This document shows, piece after piece, positions 1-13,842 of a stretch of 64,000 nt of DNA (the first letter of the stretch is position 1; each line of letters begins with the position of its first letter). Source of the DNA: Chiloscyllium plagiosum (Eukaryota); assembly GCF_004010195.1 (NCBI RefSeq), contig NC_057719.1, positions 81,134,682 to 81,198,681 of the forward strand, written 5' to 3'. Made by a program: the position numbers and the translations under genes. The notes under the pieces were generated by a model, which had not been told where the DNA came from, made no database searches, and saw nothing but the letters and a program-made list of their open reading frames with translations.

Positions 1-562
1 ATACAATTGATTCATTCTGATGAACATTTTGAAAATAATCAGATTCTACGTCCGCATCAATTTAGTGTTTGTTTCGAAAAATCTTGGATTAATTTCAAGG
101 TCCCTGCAGAAGAATGGCATTTCTAAGGTAAACGGTCAGGTTTCTTGACCTGTGAAACTAGCCAGAGCAAGTATTGCTGGTTATGACTACATGAAAAAGT
201 CATGCCTGAGCAAAATGCCATGTGATAGGTCCACAGTTTAAACATCAAACTCAACATTTACATTGCACCTAATGGTACTGGAAAATATAATGATCAAAAC
301 GACAGCTCCTATTCAGTATACATGTAAATTGCACATTTTCCTAGTTGCTAACATTTCTGAAGTATCAACAATTGCAAAATGTTAGCTCTATTTTCTTCCC
401 TCAGATGCTGCCAGACCTGAGACTTTCCTGCAATTTCTATTTTCAATTCAATAAATAAATTGGAAAATAGTCAAAAGGGCCAGATTTCTAGAAATATGGG
501 GAAAGCATAACAGAGTAAGACCATTTGGGTGGTTCCCTCAAAGAGCTGGCCCAGACACAATG

Positions 563-689
563 ATTCCTGAAGAAGGGGTCCTGCCCGAAATGTCGATTCT
601 CCTGCTCCTTGGATGCTGCCTGACCTGCTGCGCTTTTCCAGCAACACATTTTCAGCTCTGATCTCCAGCATCTGTAGTCCTCACTTTCT
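563..689 (+). mobile_element. 127-bp Penelope-derived terminal fragment with hammerhead motif and 13-bp TSD
   Basis: cccagacacaatg at 550-562 and 690-702; body matches PLE ends at ~33325-33440 and ~45190-45315. Confidence 0.8.
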
Positions 690-1424
690 CCCAGACACAA
701 TGGGCCAAATTTTACATAAATCAAGGTCCTGAGTAGAAAGAAGGTTTAGACCTGTTGCTCTCCTACATTGTCAGGAGTTTATCAGCTTGTCTGTTCCTCT
801 TGGAACAAAGGAAATTTGATTGGTTTGTTCATCATAACAGATCATATTTAGATCAGGCAAACAAAAGCTGTCCAATTACTTGTTAGCAGATGGACTAGGG
901 GACACAGGTGTCTGTTGTACCAAACAAGCTCAGATAACATAAGAAAAGATAAGAAAAGATGAGGAAGACAAACATTGTTAGAACATCTTTTTTGTTGTCA
1001 TGTAGTCGGCTAAAAACAAGCAGGAGGTGAAGTCACTCAAGTGGCAAATATTCCAATGGCGCTGGCCCAAAATCATTAAAATCACTCAATTATTAAGACA
1101 GATTATTTTAAATAGAAAATAATATTTCAGGAAAAAATGCATAGCTGTATGTAAAGGGAACGGCTACAAAGACTTCTTGTCTGTACTACTTTGACAGCAA
1201 GTCCAGGTGCTGCAATCACTGCCATTAAAAAGGCCACCAGCTGTCCTACCATGAGAACACTGACATCTTCAAATTTCTCTTCAAACTTTGCCAATGATAC
1301 CAACAGAACTGTGGCAGACAATGTTGAGTGTACCAATCAACTGCACCATAACACATAAGTCAGGAGTATGGGCAGACAGGAAGCAAGTTTAATTTAATAC
1401 ATACTGGTAAATGTGCGGTAATAG

Positions 1425-1990
1425 AACATAGAACATAGAAGAATACAGCGCAGTACAGGCCCTTTGGCCCTCGATGTTGCGCCGATCCAAGCCCACCTAA
1501 CCTACACTAGCCCACTATCCTCCATATGCCTATCCAATGCCCGCTTAAATGCTCATAATGAGGGAGAGTCCACCACTGCTACTGGCAGGGCATTCCATGA
1601 ACTCACGACTCGCTGAGTAAAGAACCTATCCCTAACATCTGTTCACCATATTTCCCACACTACCATGACTTCACCTTATTCACTATTGCTTTGGAATTTC
1701 CTGGGATCATGAAAGGTGGCCGCACCAGAGTCTTATAGAACTGCATCATGACCTCAGGACTCCGGAACTCAATACCTCTACCAATAAAAGCCAGTACGTC
1801 ATATGCCTTCTTCACCGCACTATTTACCTGGGTGGCAACTTTCAGAGATCTGTGTACATGGACACCAACCTCTGCTCATCCGCACTACCAAGTATCCGAC
1901 CATTAGCCCAGTACCCCATCTTTTTGTTACTCTTACCAAAGTGAATCACCTCACACTTAGCTACATTGAACTCCATTTGCCACCTTTATG
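1425..1990 (-). mobile_element. CR1 LINE 3' fragment, internally deleted
   Basis: (tagaaca)n tail and CR1 RT C-terminal sequence on the minus strand. Confidence 0.8.
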
Positions 1991-2219
1991 CATTTTGACA
2001 TAAGGAGAGACAATAAACTTAATGACCCAGTTCTAAAGAGTGTGCACGACAAAAGGACCTGGGGTTCCTGTGCCTAGACCTTTGAAGGTGGTAGGACATT
2101 TAAGAATGTGGTTAAAAAAAATGCGATCTTGTGTTTCGTAAATAGAGATGGAGTACAAAAGCAAGGAGGTTATTCTGAATATTTACACTGCTCTACGTAG
2201 TCCACAACTAAAGTATTCA

Positions 2220-3385
2220 TTGAGTCATACAGCACGGAAACAAACTTTTCGGTCCAACTTGTCTATGCAAACCAAGTTTCACAAACTAAAACTAATCCCA
2301 CTTTCCTGCATTTGGCCTATATCCCTCTAAACCTCACCAAGTCACGTACCTGTCCAAACGTCTTTTAAATGTTGTAACTGCACCTGCATCTACCACTTCC
2401 TTTGGCAGCTCATGCCACATACAGACCACCATCTGTGAGAAAAAGTTGCCCCTCAGGTCCCTTTTAAATCTTTCTCCTTTCATCTTAAAAATGTGCCCCC
2501 TAGTTTTGAACTTCCGCCTCCCTAGGGACAAGTTCTCTGTTATTCATCTTATCTATGCTGTTCAAGATCTTAGAAACCTCTATAAAGGTCACCTTTCAAC
2601 CTCTTAAGCTCCAGTGGAAAAAAACCCAGCCTATCCAGCCTTTATTTATTACAAAACTTTCCATACCCAGCAACATCCTGGTAAATCTTTTCTGAACCTT
2701 CTCTAATTTAATAAAATTGCTCCTATATCAGGGCAACCAGAACTGTACACAATATTCTAAAAGTGACCTCACCATTGTCCTGTACAACTTCAGCATAATG
2801 TCCCAACTTTGATACTCAATGGTCTGAGCATTGAAGCCAAGTGTGCTGAACACCTTCTTAACCACCCTGTCCACTAGCAATGCAGCTTTCAAAGAACTAT
2901 GTACCTGAACCCCTAGGTCTCTCTGTTCAACAACCCTCCACAGGGTCTACTATGAATTGGATAAGTCCTGCCCTTGTTTGTTTTACCAAAATGCATTACC
3001 TCACATATATCCAAATTAAACTCCATTTGCCACTCCTTAGCCCATTGGCCCAATTAGTCAAGACCCCTTTATAATCTTCTTCACTGTCAGTGATACCACC
3101 AATTTTGGTGCCACCTGCAAACTTAGTAACCAAGCCTCCTAAATTATCATTTAAATTGTTTACATAAATGACAAATGAAAGTGGACCCAGCACTGATCTC
3201 CAGTATTCCAGTCCAAAATCCAACCATCTACCATGCTCCCATCTCCTACTATTAAGCCAATTTTGTATTCAACTGACAAGGTCTCCCTGAATCCCGTGTG
3301 ATCTAACTTTACTAATTAGTCTACCATGTGGAACGATGTCAAAGCCTTTACTAAGTCCACAAAGACAAAATCCCCCGTTCTGCCA
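2220..3385 (-). mobile_element. CR1 (HER1-like) LINE 3' fragment
   Basis: ORFs 2996..3223 (SVLGPL...KFAGGTKIGG) and 2334..2531 (RFKRDLRGNFF...FKRRLD). Confidence 0.9.
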
Positions 3386-3595
3386 TCCAGATCTAATCAC
3401 TAAACTTTAGAAACAATTGAAGGGTCTGTGAGAAGGTGCAGAGGAGATTCAGCAGAATTGATCCCAATAAGAAATTTTAATGATAAAGCTATGTTGGAGA
3501 AGCAGAGACTGTTCCCATAGAACAAAGGAGATTTGATAGGGTTGTACAACATTATAACAGATCAGATTTAGAAAAGACAGACAAAATCTAGACCA

Positions 3596-3760
3596 TTATC
3601 TGATCCCAATCAGGGAGCCCTGGCTGCCAGATAACAACAGGAGTGTCAGGCATCCTGCTCACTCAGAGCTGGCTCTGAGGGACATGGATCCGTGTCAAGT
3701 CCTCTCCACATATAAACAAAGGTGACGACACAAGATACCAGCCTCTGTGGAGTTACTTCA
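3596..3760 (+). repeat. 5' LTR (5'-truncated), followed by PBS-like tggtgaggag
   Basis: Similar to ~7782-7943 (atcagggagccctggctg...caggcatcctg...agtta.ttca); ends in CA. Confidence 0.85.
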
Positions 3761-6700
3761 GTGGTGAGGAGAGAAAAGCACATTTCTGAAGACATTTGCT
3801 CGCAACAATTGTCTTTGAGTTGGGTGAACATTTCAGGCTTGTGCTGTTATTTGGGAAGCTAGACTCTTTTGTTCCTTCCAAAGACTGGGCCTAGTCAGTG
3901 GAAAGAATGCTTTTTTTGGGGGGAAATGACATTTGAGGCAGATGAAAAGCAACAAATAATTCTCCTGACAACTTGTGGACCTGGTACTTTATTGGTTGTT
4001 AGGCACCTAACTTTCCCCGAGGCACCTTTCAGGAGTTGATGGGTTTAGTTAAAGAACATTATAACCCCAAGCCTCTTCTAATTCTGAGATGCTATCAGTT
4101 TGACTCAGCAATTCAAGAACCAGGGGAATCCATATCCAAATTTTTGACGAGGTATGTGAGTTTAATTTAACCCTTAAAGAGATGCTGAGACACCTTTTGG
4201 TATGTGCAATTAATAAAGTAACCATGCAAAAGCACCTATTAGCTGAAGCTTAACTGGACTTCAAACAGGCACAACAATTAGCTTTATTATTAGACATCCT
4301 CGCCACTCCGATTGAGCTTGGGGAACATCACTTGAGTGAAGGCAACTGCATAGCTGCTTTCAGGATATACCCTAAAGAGAAGGACTCTAGGTCAGCCCAC
4401 AGTAAAAGCCCAAAACAAAGCCAAACCTCAGCCAAGTGGCTAAAATTTCCTTCAGGATCCGGGCCAGTAAGCATTGTAGTGGCTGCAGGTATGCAGACTC
4501 GAGACAGCAAGAGAGTCCTACTTGACCTAAATTGAGTAAGAGGATTCTGAGGCTGATATGTGGGAGAATATATACCCTGTGAAGTCCTCCTACATCTGGT
4601 TTGGAACAGTTAAATTGGTTCTGATTTGGATGTTACGAAGCAAACAAAGTAAATATTTGGTCAAATGACGTTCCAGTTCTAATGGAGCTTGATACTGACG
4701 TGGCTGTTTCAGTGTTTGCAGAACTGGTCTTTAACAAAATTCACTCTGGACTCCTACCCTTAAGTTTGTACAAGACCTCAGCAAGACTGAGAACCTACAT
4801 CAGGGAACCTTCGCAGAACTTCGGCTCCAGCCTCTTATGAGGAGTAGCTGGTTCAGTTCCCACTGATTATAGTAAAAGGCTTGGGCCCAAGCTTGAAGAA
4901 GTGAAGTTGGTTGAGTAACATCCACCGAGATTGGCTCCACATTTTTTGATTACAAAACAGCTGCTTGAGTGAAGTCCTAATTAAACACCCGGAAGTTTTT
5001 CAGGAAGGTCAAGGAGCCAGTGTCACCTTGCATGTTGAGCAGGAAATAATTCCACAATTCTGTATGGCTCGCCCAGTGCTATTTGCCTTACCGGAAAAAG
5101 TAGAGGAAGAAATCAGAAGGCTGGAAAACAAAGGACTGATCAAACCAGTCCAGTATGAGCAATTGGCAGCACAGTTGTATCAATCAGTTTGGTTCACTTT
5201 TGTGGGATTTTTAAGGAACTGAAACCGCCTTTTGCGTTTGGATAAATATTCAATCCCTCACTTAGAGGATTTCTACCTAAAGCCTGCAGAGGGGCTATTC
5301 CTCATGAAACTGGACATGAGCCATGCTTACTTGCAATTAGAGTTAAATGAGGATTCCCAGAATCATGCTACAATTAATATCCATTTGGGTTTGTATCAAT
5401 ATACATGACTGCCATTTGGGGTATCGTCAGCATGTGCAATTTTTCTGTGGAGGATGAAGAACATTTTACAAGGTCTACTCCAGATCACCATTTAACTATA
5501 TGATGTGCTAATAAAAAAGGAAAACGAATAAGGAGCAATTAGAGAACTTCAAATAGTCCGTAGATATTTCCTCCAGGCCAGCGTTTGCCTTAGAAGGGAA
5601 AAATGTGTGTTCCAGGCACCCTAAGTGACTTTCTTGGGTTCTAGAGTCAACAAGATTGGGTTATGCCCATTTAAAGATAAAGTGAGGACAATCAAAGATG
5701 CCCTGGCTCCTACATCTGTATCAGAGCTTGGATCTTTCCATAATAATTCACCAGCCAAGGAAAGTTCATACATAACCTGGCCTCCATCTTAGCACCTTTG
5801 CAGCAACTCTTACAACAGGGTCAATTTCAGAAATGGTCATGTAGCCAAGCCATAGCTTCCAGGGAAGTGAAGAAACAGCTATTATCTCTAAGGTGATGGC
5901 ACACTATGATCCCAAGCGAGATCTGATATTGACATGCGATGCCTCCCCGTATAGCATTGAGGTAGGAATCGCTCATAGGTGGCCCAATGGAGAGAAACAT
6001 CCAATAGCATATGCGACCAAGATTTTGGCTAATGCACAGTGCAAATAACCCAGACAGAGAAGGAAAGTTGGTGGTTATATTTGTAGTCAGGAAGTTCCAC
6101 TGATAACTTTATGGACGTAAATTTGGAATAATAATGGACCACAAATCCCTGCTAAATCTGTTTAAAGAGGACAAGGCAGTGAAGCCAAATTCAGCAGTAG
6201 GCTCGAATACTAAGTGCATATAATTACAAGTTAGAACACCATCTGGGAAGCCAAGTAGCAATTGTGGATACATTTGAGCGGTGTCCTGCTGGCAGATACA
6301 CCACTGGAAGAGTCGGTCATGGTTTTAAATTTTCTGGACGTATGTCCAGTCACAGCCGACAAAGTCAGACTCTGAACACAAAGATCCGGTCTTGAAAAAA
6401 CTGAAACAGTGGGTGGTGATGGGGGAAACCAAAGGGCTGTCACAACCAGAATTACAACCTTATTGGACCTGGAGAGACCAGGTCACAGCAGAGGACAGCT
6501 TATTATTGCGAGAGCAAGAGTGATTGTCCCGAACAAGAGTCACTGCCAGATACTGGCTGAACTCACCCAGGGTCATCTAAGGGTTTCCAAAATGAAGATA
6601 TTGGTGAGAGGTTATGTCTGGTGGCCAGGATTGGATGCAGATATAGCTACATTGGCGGGGTGGGGGGTTGGATGGGGTTGGAAGGACAAGAATTACCACC

Positions 6701-7715
6701 AACAGCTCGCCACATTCATGGGAATGGTTAGTTAAACCCTGGACTTGATTACACATTGACTATGCTGGTCCTTTCATGGGCTCAATGATTTTGGTCATTG
6801 TGGACATCCACTCAAAGTGGCTGGATGTGCATACAGCACATTTGTCAAACACCATGATGATAGAAAAGCTGCGTGCATTTTTTGCAACACATGGACTCGT
6901 GGAAGTGTTGATCACAGATAACAGGCCATCGCTTACCAGAAGGGAATTTCCGTATTTCCTAAAGTCGAATGGTGTTCAACATAAGGACAGCTCCATACCA
7001 TCCAGCATCCAATGGTCGGTAGAAAGAGCAGACCAAACTTTGAAAGCAGGATTAAACAAACTACCTACAGCTTCACTAGATATCAAACTGTTACTATTTA
7101 ATTTAGTTATAGGGTCATCTTTCAAGCAACTGCAGGGAGAGCTGCAGCAGACTTGCTAATGAGAAGAAGACTCCGCATCAGGTTAAATCTGATATTCGCA
7201 GACCTGGGAGAGAGGATGAAATGGCTAAACACAAGACTCCGCTAAGTGAGAGAGACAGTGTACTTCAGGTTTCGTGTAGGAATCATGGGAATAGCTCTGC
7301 ATGGGTAAGAGGTATGGTCGACACAAGGTAAGTCCAGTGACGTATAAAGTTTGTGCAGATGCAACAGTCCAAAACAAGAAAGTGGACCATATAAAAGGTG
7401 CAAACTCTCAAACTGTGAGAGAGCAAAATGTGCATGGCTCGTCAACAGCCTTTTCAGTTCCGGAACCTGTGGGTTCTCCCTCTCCATCAAGAATCTGAGA
7501 TGGACACAGCAGATGTTGCTGCCTGGATGTCTTTGTCTTCTAAGTAGGGAATGAATTTATTCCAAAATGCTCCAGGGACAAGGGGTGAGCTACTGTGTAT
7601 TGATGCTGCCCATATCAGAGGCTGAGTTGGAGGAATCTGAGCCAGTGCGAAAATGCCCCAGCAGGAGCTACAAACTAAAGAACCAGCCTATTTCCTCAGA
7701 CTCAGATAGGGAGGA

Positions 7716-7943
7716 TGTAGTGATCGTGAAGAAGTCAGCCAGGTGGACCTAATAGAATACAAGTTTCCTGATTGGGGCTGTTAATCTGGTCCCATCAGGG
7801 AGCCCTGGCTGACAGATAAGAACAAGAGCGTCAGGCATCCTGTTCACTGAGAACATGCTCTAAGGGATCAGTATCAAGGACTCTCCACATGTAAATAAAG
7901 GGTGACTTGGTGACAGGACATCGGCCTTGGTGTAGTTATTTCA
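7716..7943 (+). repeat. 3' LTR (TG...CA) preceded by a purine-rich tract
   Basis: agatagggagga then tgtagtg...ttatttca; contains aataaa. Confidence 0.85.
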
Positions 7944-8229
7944 CCAGGAAATCACTGACCTGGAGTGCGCTAGAAGTAGGCACAATTCATGATTTCAAAA
8001 GTAAACTGGATGGTAATTTGAAGCGAATAAACTTACAGGCCATGAAGATAGAGAGGGGGAATAGGGTTACCTGGGTTGCTCATGGAGACCCAGATTAGAT
8101 GTATGTGTTCTTCTGTGCTGTAATGATTTGATGATGTTGAGACTCATAGCAGGCTGACCTAGACATACATTCGGTGTGTTCAATGTCGATGAATCAAAAC
8201 TCTGGAATGCTGGGAATACTTCACTCCAA

Positions 8230-9240
8230 AAATAGAAACATAGAAGAAAGGAGTAGAAGACCCTTCAGCCTTTTGAGTCTGCTGCATCATTCAATATGCC
8301 CTGTTTCCACTTTCTCTCCACACCCTTTGATCCTTTCAGCTCCAAGAACTATATCTAACTCCTTTTTGAAACCTGTTGGGCCTCAACCTCTGGTAGAGAA
8401 TTCAAAAGGCTGATCACACTTTGGGTGAAGAAATTTCTCTTCCTATCCTACCCTGTAACTTTAGACTGTGACCTTTTGCAGTTTCCTTATCTAGTCCTAT
8501 TAGGATTTTATACATTCCTATGAGATCCCTTCTCATTTTTCTAAACTCCTGTGAATATAGTCCTAACCACTCCAGTCTCTCTTCATGTGTCAGTCTTGCC
8601 ATCACACAAATCAGTCTGGTACACATCTACTGCACTCCTTCTATAGCCAGAAAACCCTTCCTCAGGTAAGGAGACCAAAACTGCACACAATAGTCCAACA
8701 CTCTATACATAAGGCAGCAAGACATCTCTACTACTGTACTCAAATCCATTTGCTATGCAGGTCAACATACCATTTGCCTCTGTCAGTGCCTGCCAATCTG
8801 CAAGGTTACTTTCAGGAGCAGTGTACTAGGATACCCAGGTCTCGTTGCACTCATGGTTACCTAACTTCCTGGTTTTGTTATCAAATAGATAACTTCACTT
8901 TTAACCACATTCTACTTTATCTGCCATGCATTTTGCCACTCCCTCAACTTGCAAAAATCACACTGAAGCATCTCGGCATCCTTATCTCAGTTCACCCTCC
9001 TACCCAGATTTGCTTTATTTGCAAATATCTGGATAAATTACATTCACTTTCCTAATCGAAATCATTCACATAGAGAGTATATTGTGAATAACTGGGATTC
9101 AATCACTGATCTCTGCAGTACCTCACTCGTCACTGCCTACAACTCAGAAAATGACCCATTTATTCTTTGTTTTCTGTCAGCCAGCTAGTTATCGATCCAT
9201 GTCTATACACTAGCTCCAATCCCTGTGCTTTAATTTAGCT
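8230..9240 (-). mobile_element. CR1 LINE 3' fragment
   Basis: ORF 8414..8626 (EERLEWLGLYS...RRDLI..YKIL). Confidence 0.85.
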
Positions 9241-9860
9241 TCTAAATTGCAAGGACTGTAGTTCAAGAGGTAGCTCAATACCATCTTCTCAAGATTATCT
9301 GGGGATGGATAATAAATACTGTCCTCGGATGCTGCCTGAACAGCAGCACACTTTTTGACTTCTGCCCTTGACATGCCTATCCTGAGTAGAAGAAGATTTC
9401 TCAGTGTTGTGCTTCAGTTCTATTGTCATAGTCAGTGGAGAAGACAGACGGACAATGCAGTGACATTAAGGTAATGTGATGCATTGAGATTCATGGATAT
9501 ATCCTTAGAAGTCATCAATACGGGTGGGGGGAAATTAGATTGGATAATATTTGTTTAGGCAGGGCCAGTAAAGTATTCTCTGGAAGTGTGATTTACTTTT
9601 CAGATACCAGACCAGTAAATGCTTATTAGCATGCTCATGGGAAATACTAAATGTGTACACTACTCTCCAATGTTAACATGCTCCAGCAGATTCACCAAAT
9701 TTCCAATCTTAAGTCATACAATTGTAATCCAATCATCATACCAGGCAACAATGTTAAGCCAACAGGAGAAGAAAAGACTGGCATTAAATATACATATATT
9801 GACAAAGCATTATATATTTATTTTTTAAAAAAAAATCAAAACCCAAGCAGACTCTGGTAC

Positions 9861-9893
9861 CTTATGTTAAAATCAAAATGAAAGCTCTTTTTC
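9861..9893 (-). CDS. PACS2: PACS2 33-nt alternative exon, (R)KKSFHFDFNI
   Basis: Acceptor ttgctttcaataaag, donor gtacca; phase 2/2, frame-preserving; resembles the human isoform insert RKKHFHFDFTL after YKQK as recalled. Confidence 0.85.
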
Positions 9894-12305
9894 CTTTATT
9901 GAAAGCAACCACAAGAAAACAAAAACCACACGTTATTACACGGAACAGGTCGATCTGAGGGTTGTATCAATAATAAGGACTTGCCCTTTCCTCACTGGCT
10001 GCTGATAGCGGAGTATTAAAGTCAGTCAAATGCATTTATAGCTGGCTGCATATCACATGAGGATACAGTTTTTTTGTGCTGATTAAAGACCAGAAGTAGT
10101 TTTTATGGAACAAGAATTATTGATAGAACGGACCTGAGCCGTTTTTTAAAATGTAAGCATATCCTTTTTGATTAATCATTCTCTCGACTCCAATCTATTC
10201 TCACTATCTACTGAAGACCACAGCACATTAGTTGATCAGTGTGTACCAATCTGTTGCTGGTTCAGGAGGGTGTAGATCTACAATGATATCATTTTACAAC
10301 ATGGGCACAATTCTTGGAGGAGAGCTCATTGGGCTTCTCTGTGTCATGTGGGGGACAAGGATGTTGCTTGGATGTTCAATTCTTGCTAGATAAATAAAAA
10401 GAATATCCACACAGTGGATCAATTCACTGATGAGGGAAGGAATAGAATATGTAATTTTAAAAGCCACTATTCAGAGCATGCTGAATAGTATCTTAAAAGA
10501 TACAATTTTAAGCCATAGCATTGTGTGTCGACATTCAGCCAATTCTCTTGGTTTTCAATATGTAGCATTGCACTCAGGGCATTGCTTTAAACAAAACTTT
10601 CTCACTTGCAAGAGCAATTGGTGGAAAATCCACTGAAACCTTTGCTGCTACAGCTTCTTGCATAAGAACAGCTGTTCTGGTACAGGATGCTACAACCGCA
10701 TTTGTCTTAAATCTACAATATCTAATTCAAAAAATGACAGGGAACTTGTCTATGTTAGCACTTTTAACCAAAGCCAGTGTGGAAAGGGCATTTGAATTTA
10801 AAAGTAATAGCCACACATGTAAACTTAAAAAGGTAAACAATAAATACCATAATTCCTAAGCTGCTATAATATTACTTGGTTATCACAGAAGATAATTAAA
10901 CAACATTATCATAGACCTTGTTTTAAAGAGAGATTTTCCTGAAGAACATGTTCCAAGGTGAAGTGCATAATCTGTTATTTACATTATTTTATTAAACAAC
11001 CTTAAAGACTTCCTCAGGTTCTCATCATCATTACTACTTGCTGAACATGACCAATTACAAAAGATTATGATTACTGAGTGTGTATAGGAGTCACTGAGCA
11101 TAGCTGTTTGAACTGTGGGATACAGCTGATTTTAAGTGCACCATCAATGGTTGTGATGGCTTCAGCTGTCTAAGGCAAGTTCTGGAATTCCCTCCCTTAG
11201 AAGCCTTTGCTTTTCTTTCCTTCTTTACCTTGCTCCTTAAAATGTTCTTCTTTCTGACCAGCTTTGGCTCATGCTCTTACATCACTTTATGTGGCTGGAG
11301 TCAAATTTTAATTTATAAACCTCCTACAAAGTGCCTTGAGGCATTTTATAATATTAATTGCAAGCTGTTGTCAGGATTAGTGCGCGTAGTGTCTCAAACT
11401 CATTTATCAAGAATCAATGATTCGGTCCATATCATGACAGTAGCTCCTTCCTCCAGAACCTTATTTTACTAATTCTGTCACGAGTAATGCTTCCTTTGCA
11501 CTGCTGTTTAACAACCTCTCCCATCATTATATTACTGACTGTATATCTAATGATGTTAATTAGCTCCCTTACACAGTCTCTCAGAAACAAACTTCCATCA
11601 CCCTGTGAGACGAATGGCATCTCAACTAATGTTAATCCAGTTCTGAAAGGTTTTGTAACTCTTCAAATACTTTTGCTAAATACTGATTTTCTTTTTTCTC
11701 AATGTCGCCACCCACTTTAGGCAAAAATGTTGCAGGAGAAAATGTACAAGATGTTAAACTTATCTCAGTGTATATTGATTGGTTAACTTTTGAAAGAGGT
11801 ATTTAATACTGAAAAATCACATTGTGAATTATTATGGTCTAGCTAATTTACATCTGTAATATACCTGAGTGAAACAGGTTACTGGCTGACCTCTCAACAC
11901 TCGACAGCCAAGTATTCTGCATTTATATTAAGATATTTACTGTGAAAAAAGATGACATATAATAATAAGAAAACACATCAACCAAGTACTGCTGACTTGC
12001 AAGAGCTACAAAGGTATAACACAAGGTTTCATGACATGTCATGAAAGAAACAGGGATAGAGCGAGACCAACAGATTGATTTATTGTCACAGAAATATTTA
12101 CTTTACTGAATATGTGCACTATTTTTGGATGTCTGGTGATTATTATGGTGTAAGGTCTCAATTATGTTCACCCGCAGGCATGAAAACTGCCTGCTGCTGT
12201 CACAGAGTTCCATTTGGCTGAGTTTGTAGATTATGTAACTTCTTGAAAGCATTATTGATTTTCAAATGAAACTTTATGTAATCAGTGTAAAAATCAAGGC
12301 TGTAC

Positions 12306-12414
12306 CTTTTCTGCTTGTAGGTTAACATAGCTTCCGCTATAGGTAATTGGTGGGAGATGTTTGCATTGGAGATGTACTGGGTAACTCTAGTGACAACGTC
12401 CGGTATTTCCTGCA
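12306..12414 (-). CDS. PACS2: PACS2 exon, (V)[35 protein letters not shown]
   Basis: Acceptor tcttatttgcag, donor gtacag; 109 nt, phase 1/2; [15 protein letters not shown] motif. Confidence 0.97.
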
Positions 12415-12601
12415 CTGCAAATAAGACACAATCAACAGGTTAAACAGGTCATTGGCTCCATTAATCACAGCATGTCTTTCTTACAAAAGCAAAACTACAT
12501 CCACAAGCAGGGAGAAAAAGTAGTTAAACAAATTTCCAGCAAAAATTCTAAGTAGCTATGCACACCACACACAACAAAAGACAAAGACGTTCATATATAT
12601 G

Positions 12602-13842
12602 AGTCAAGGGTGGGGTGCTGGAAAAGCATAGTAGGTCAGGCAGCTTCCGAGGAGTAGGAATGAGGCTTGTGAGGGGGTGGAGAGATAAATGAGAGACGGT
12701 GGGCTGGGGGGAAAGTAACTGAGAGTCTGATTAGTAGATGGAGGTGGGGCTGATGGTGACAGGTCAGAGAGGAGGATGGAGCGGATAGGTGAGAAGGAAG
12801 ATGGACAGGTAGGACAGGTCATGAGGGCAGTGCCGAGTTGAAAGGTTGGAACTTGGATAAGGTTGGGGGGAGGGCAAATGAGGAAACTGGTGAAACCCAC
12901 ATTTATGCCGTGCGGTTGGAGGGTCCCAAGGCAGAAGATGAGGCATTCTTCCTTCAGGTGGCAGATGGTTAGGGTGTGGTAATGGAGGTGGCCCAAGACC
13001 TGCATGTCCTTGGCAGAGTGGGAGGGGAAGTTGAAGTGTTCGGCCAAAGGATGGTGGGGTTGCTTAGTGCAGGTGTCCCGGAGATGTTCTCGGGAATCTA
13101 TACAAGTAGGCATCCTGTCTCCCTAATGTATTTGGGAGGGGGGGTCTGTTCTTGTTGCAGTTGGAGAGGTGGGGTTCAAGGGTGGAGGTGCGGGAAGTGG
13201 ATAAGATGCACTAGAGAGCATCATTAACCACATGGGAGGGGAAATTGTGGCCTTTGAAGGAGGAGGCCATCTAGTGTGTTCTGTGGAGAGATTGGTCCTC
13301 CTGGGAGCAGATGCGGCGAAGGCAGTGGAATTGTGAATAAGGAATGCCGTTTTTACAGGTGGCAGGGTGGAAGGTTATGTAGTCCAGGTAGCTGTGGGAG
13401 TCAGTGGGCTTGTAGAAGATGTCCGTGTTGAGTAGGTCACTGTTGATGGATATGGAGAGGTCCAGGAAGGGGAGGGAGGTGTCCGAGATGGTCCAGGTGA
13501 ACTTAAGGTCTGGGTGGAATGTGTTGGTGAAGTTGATGAACTGTTCAATCTCCTCATGGGAGCACGAGGTGGCACCAATACAATTATTAACATATCGGAG
13601 GAAAAGGAGGGGAAAGAGACGGGCATAGCTGGGGCCATGCGAGTGCCCATGGCTACCCCTTTCATCTGGAGGAAGCGGGAGGATTCAAAGGAGAAATTGA
13701 GCGTGAGGACCAGTTCAACCAAATGAATGAGAGTTTCAGTGGAGGGGTACTGGTGGGGACGCCAGGAGAGGAAGAAATGGAGGGCTTGGAAGCCCTTGTC
13801 ATGGCAGACAGAGGTGCATAGGGACTGGATGTCCATGGTGAA
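12602..13842 (-). mobile_element. Penelope-like element, 5'-truncated (RT plus endonuclease region)
   Basis: LQMKGVAMGTRMAP RT motif; AEHFNFPSH...LIFCLGTLQPHGINV C-terminus. Confidence 0.88.

Larger units (their letters stand above)
3596..7943 (+). mobile_element. Decayed Ty3/Gypsy LTR retrotransposon (gag-PR-RT-RNaseH-IN order)
   Basis: Broken pol motifs MELDT, KLDMSHAY, LPFGVSSA, LTCDASPY, GH...VWWPGLDADI, HIDYAGPF...VD.HSKW; many stops and frameshifts; flanked by similar LTRs. Confidence 0.92.

Noticed and set aside
1127..1336. 69-aa hydrophobic ORF as a possible next PACS2 exon
   Set aside because: No match to the expected SPDEESSQKFIPF segment and no convincing splice sites; origin unresolved
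6409..7159. Integrase ORFs as a domesticated gene
   Set aside because: Frameshifted, zinc-finger residues damaged, inside a decayed LTR element
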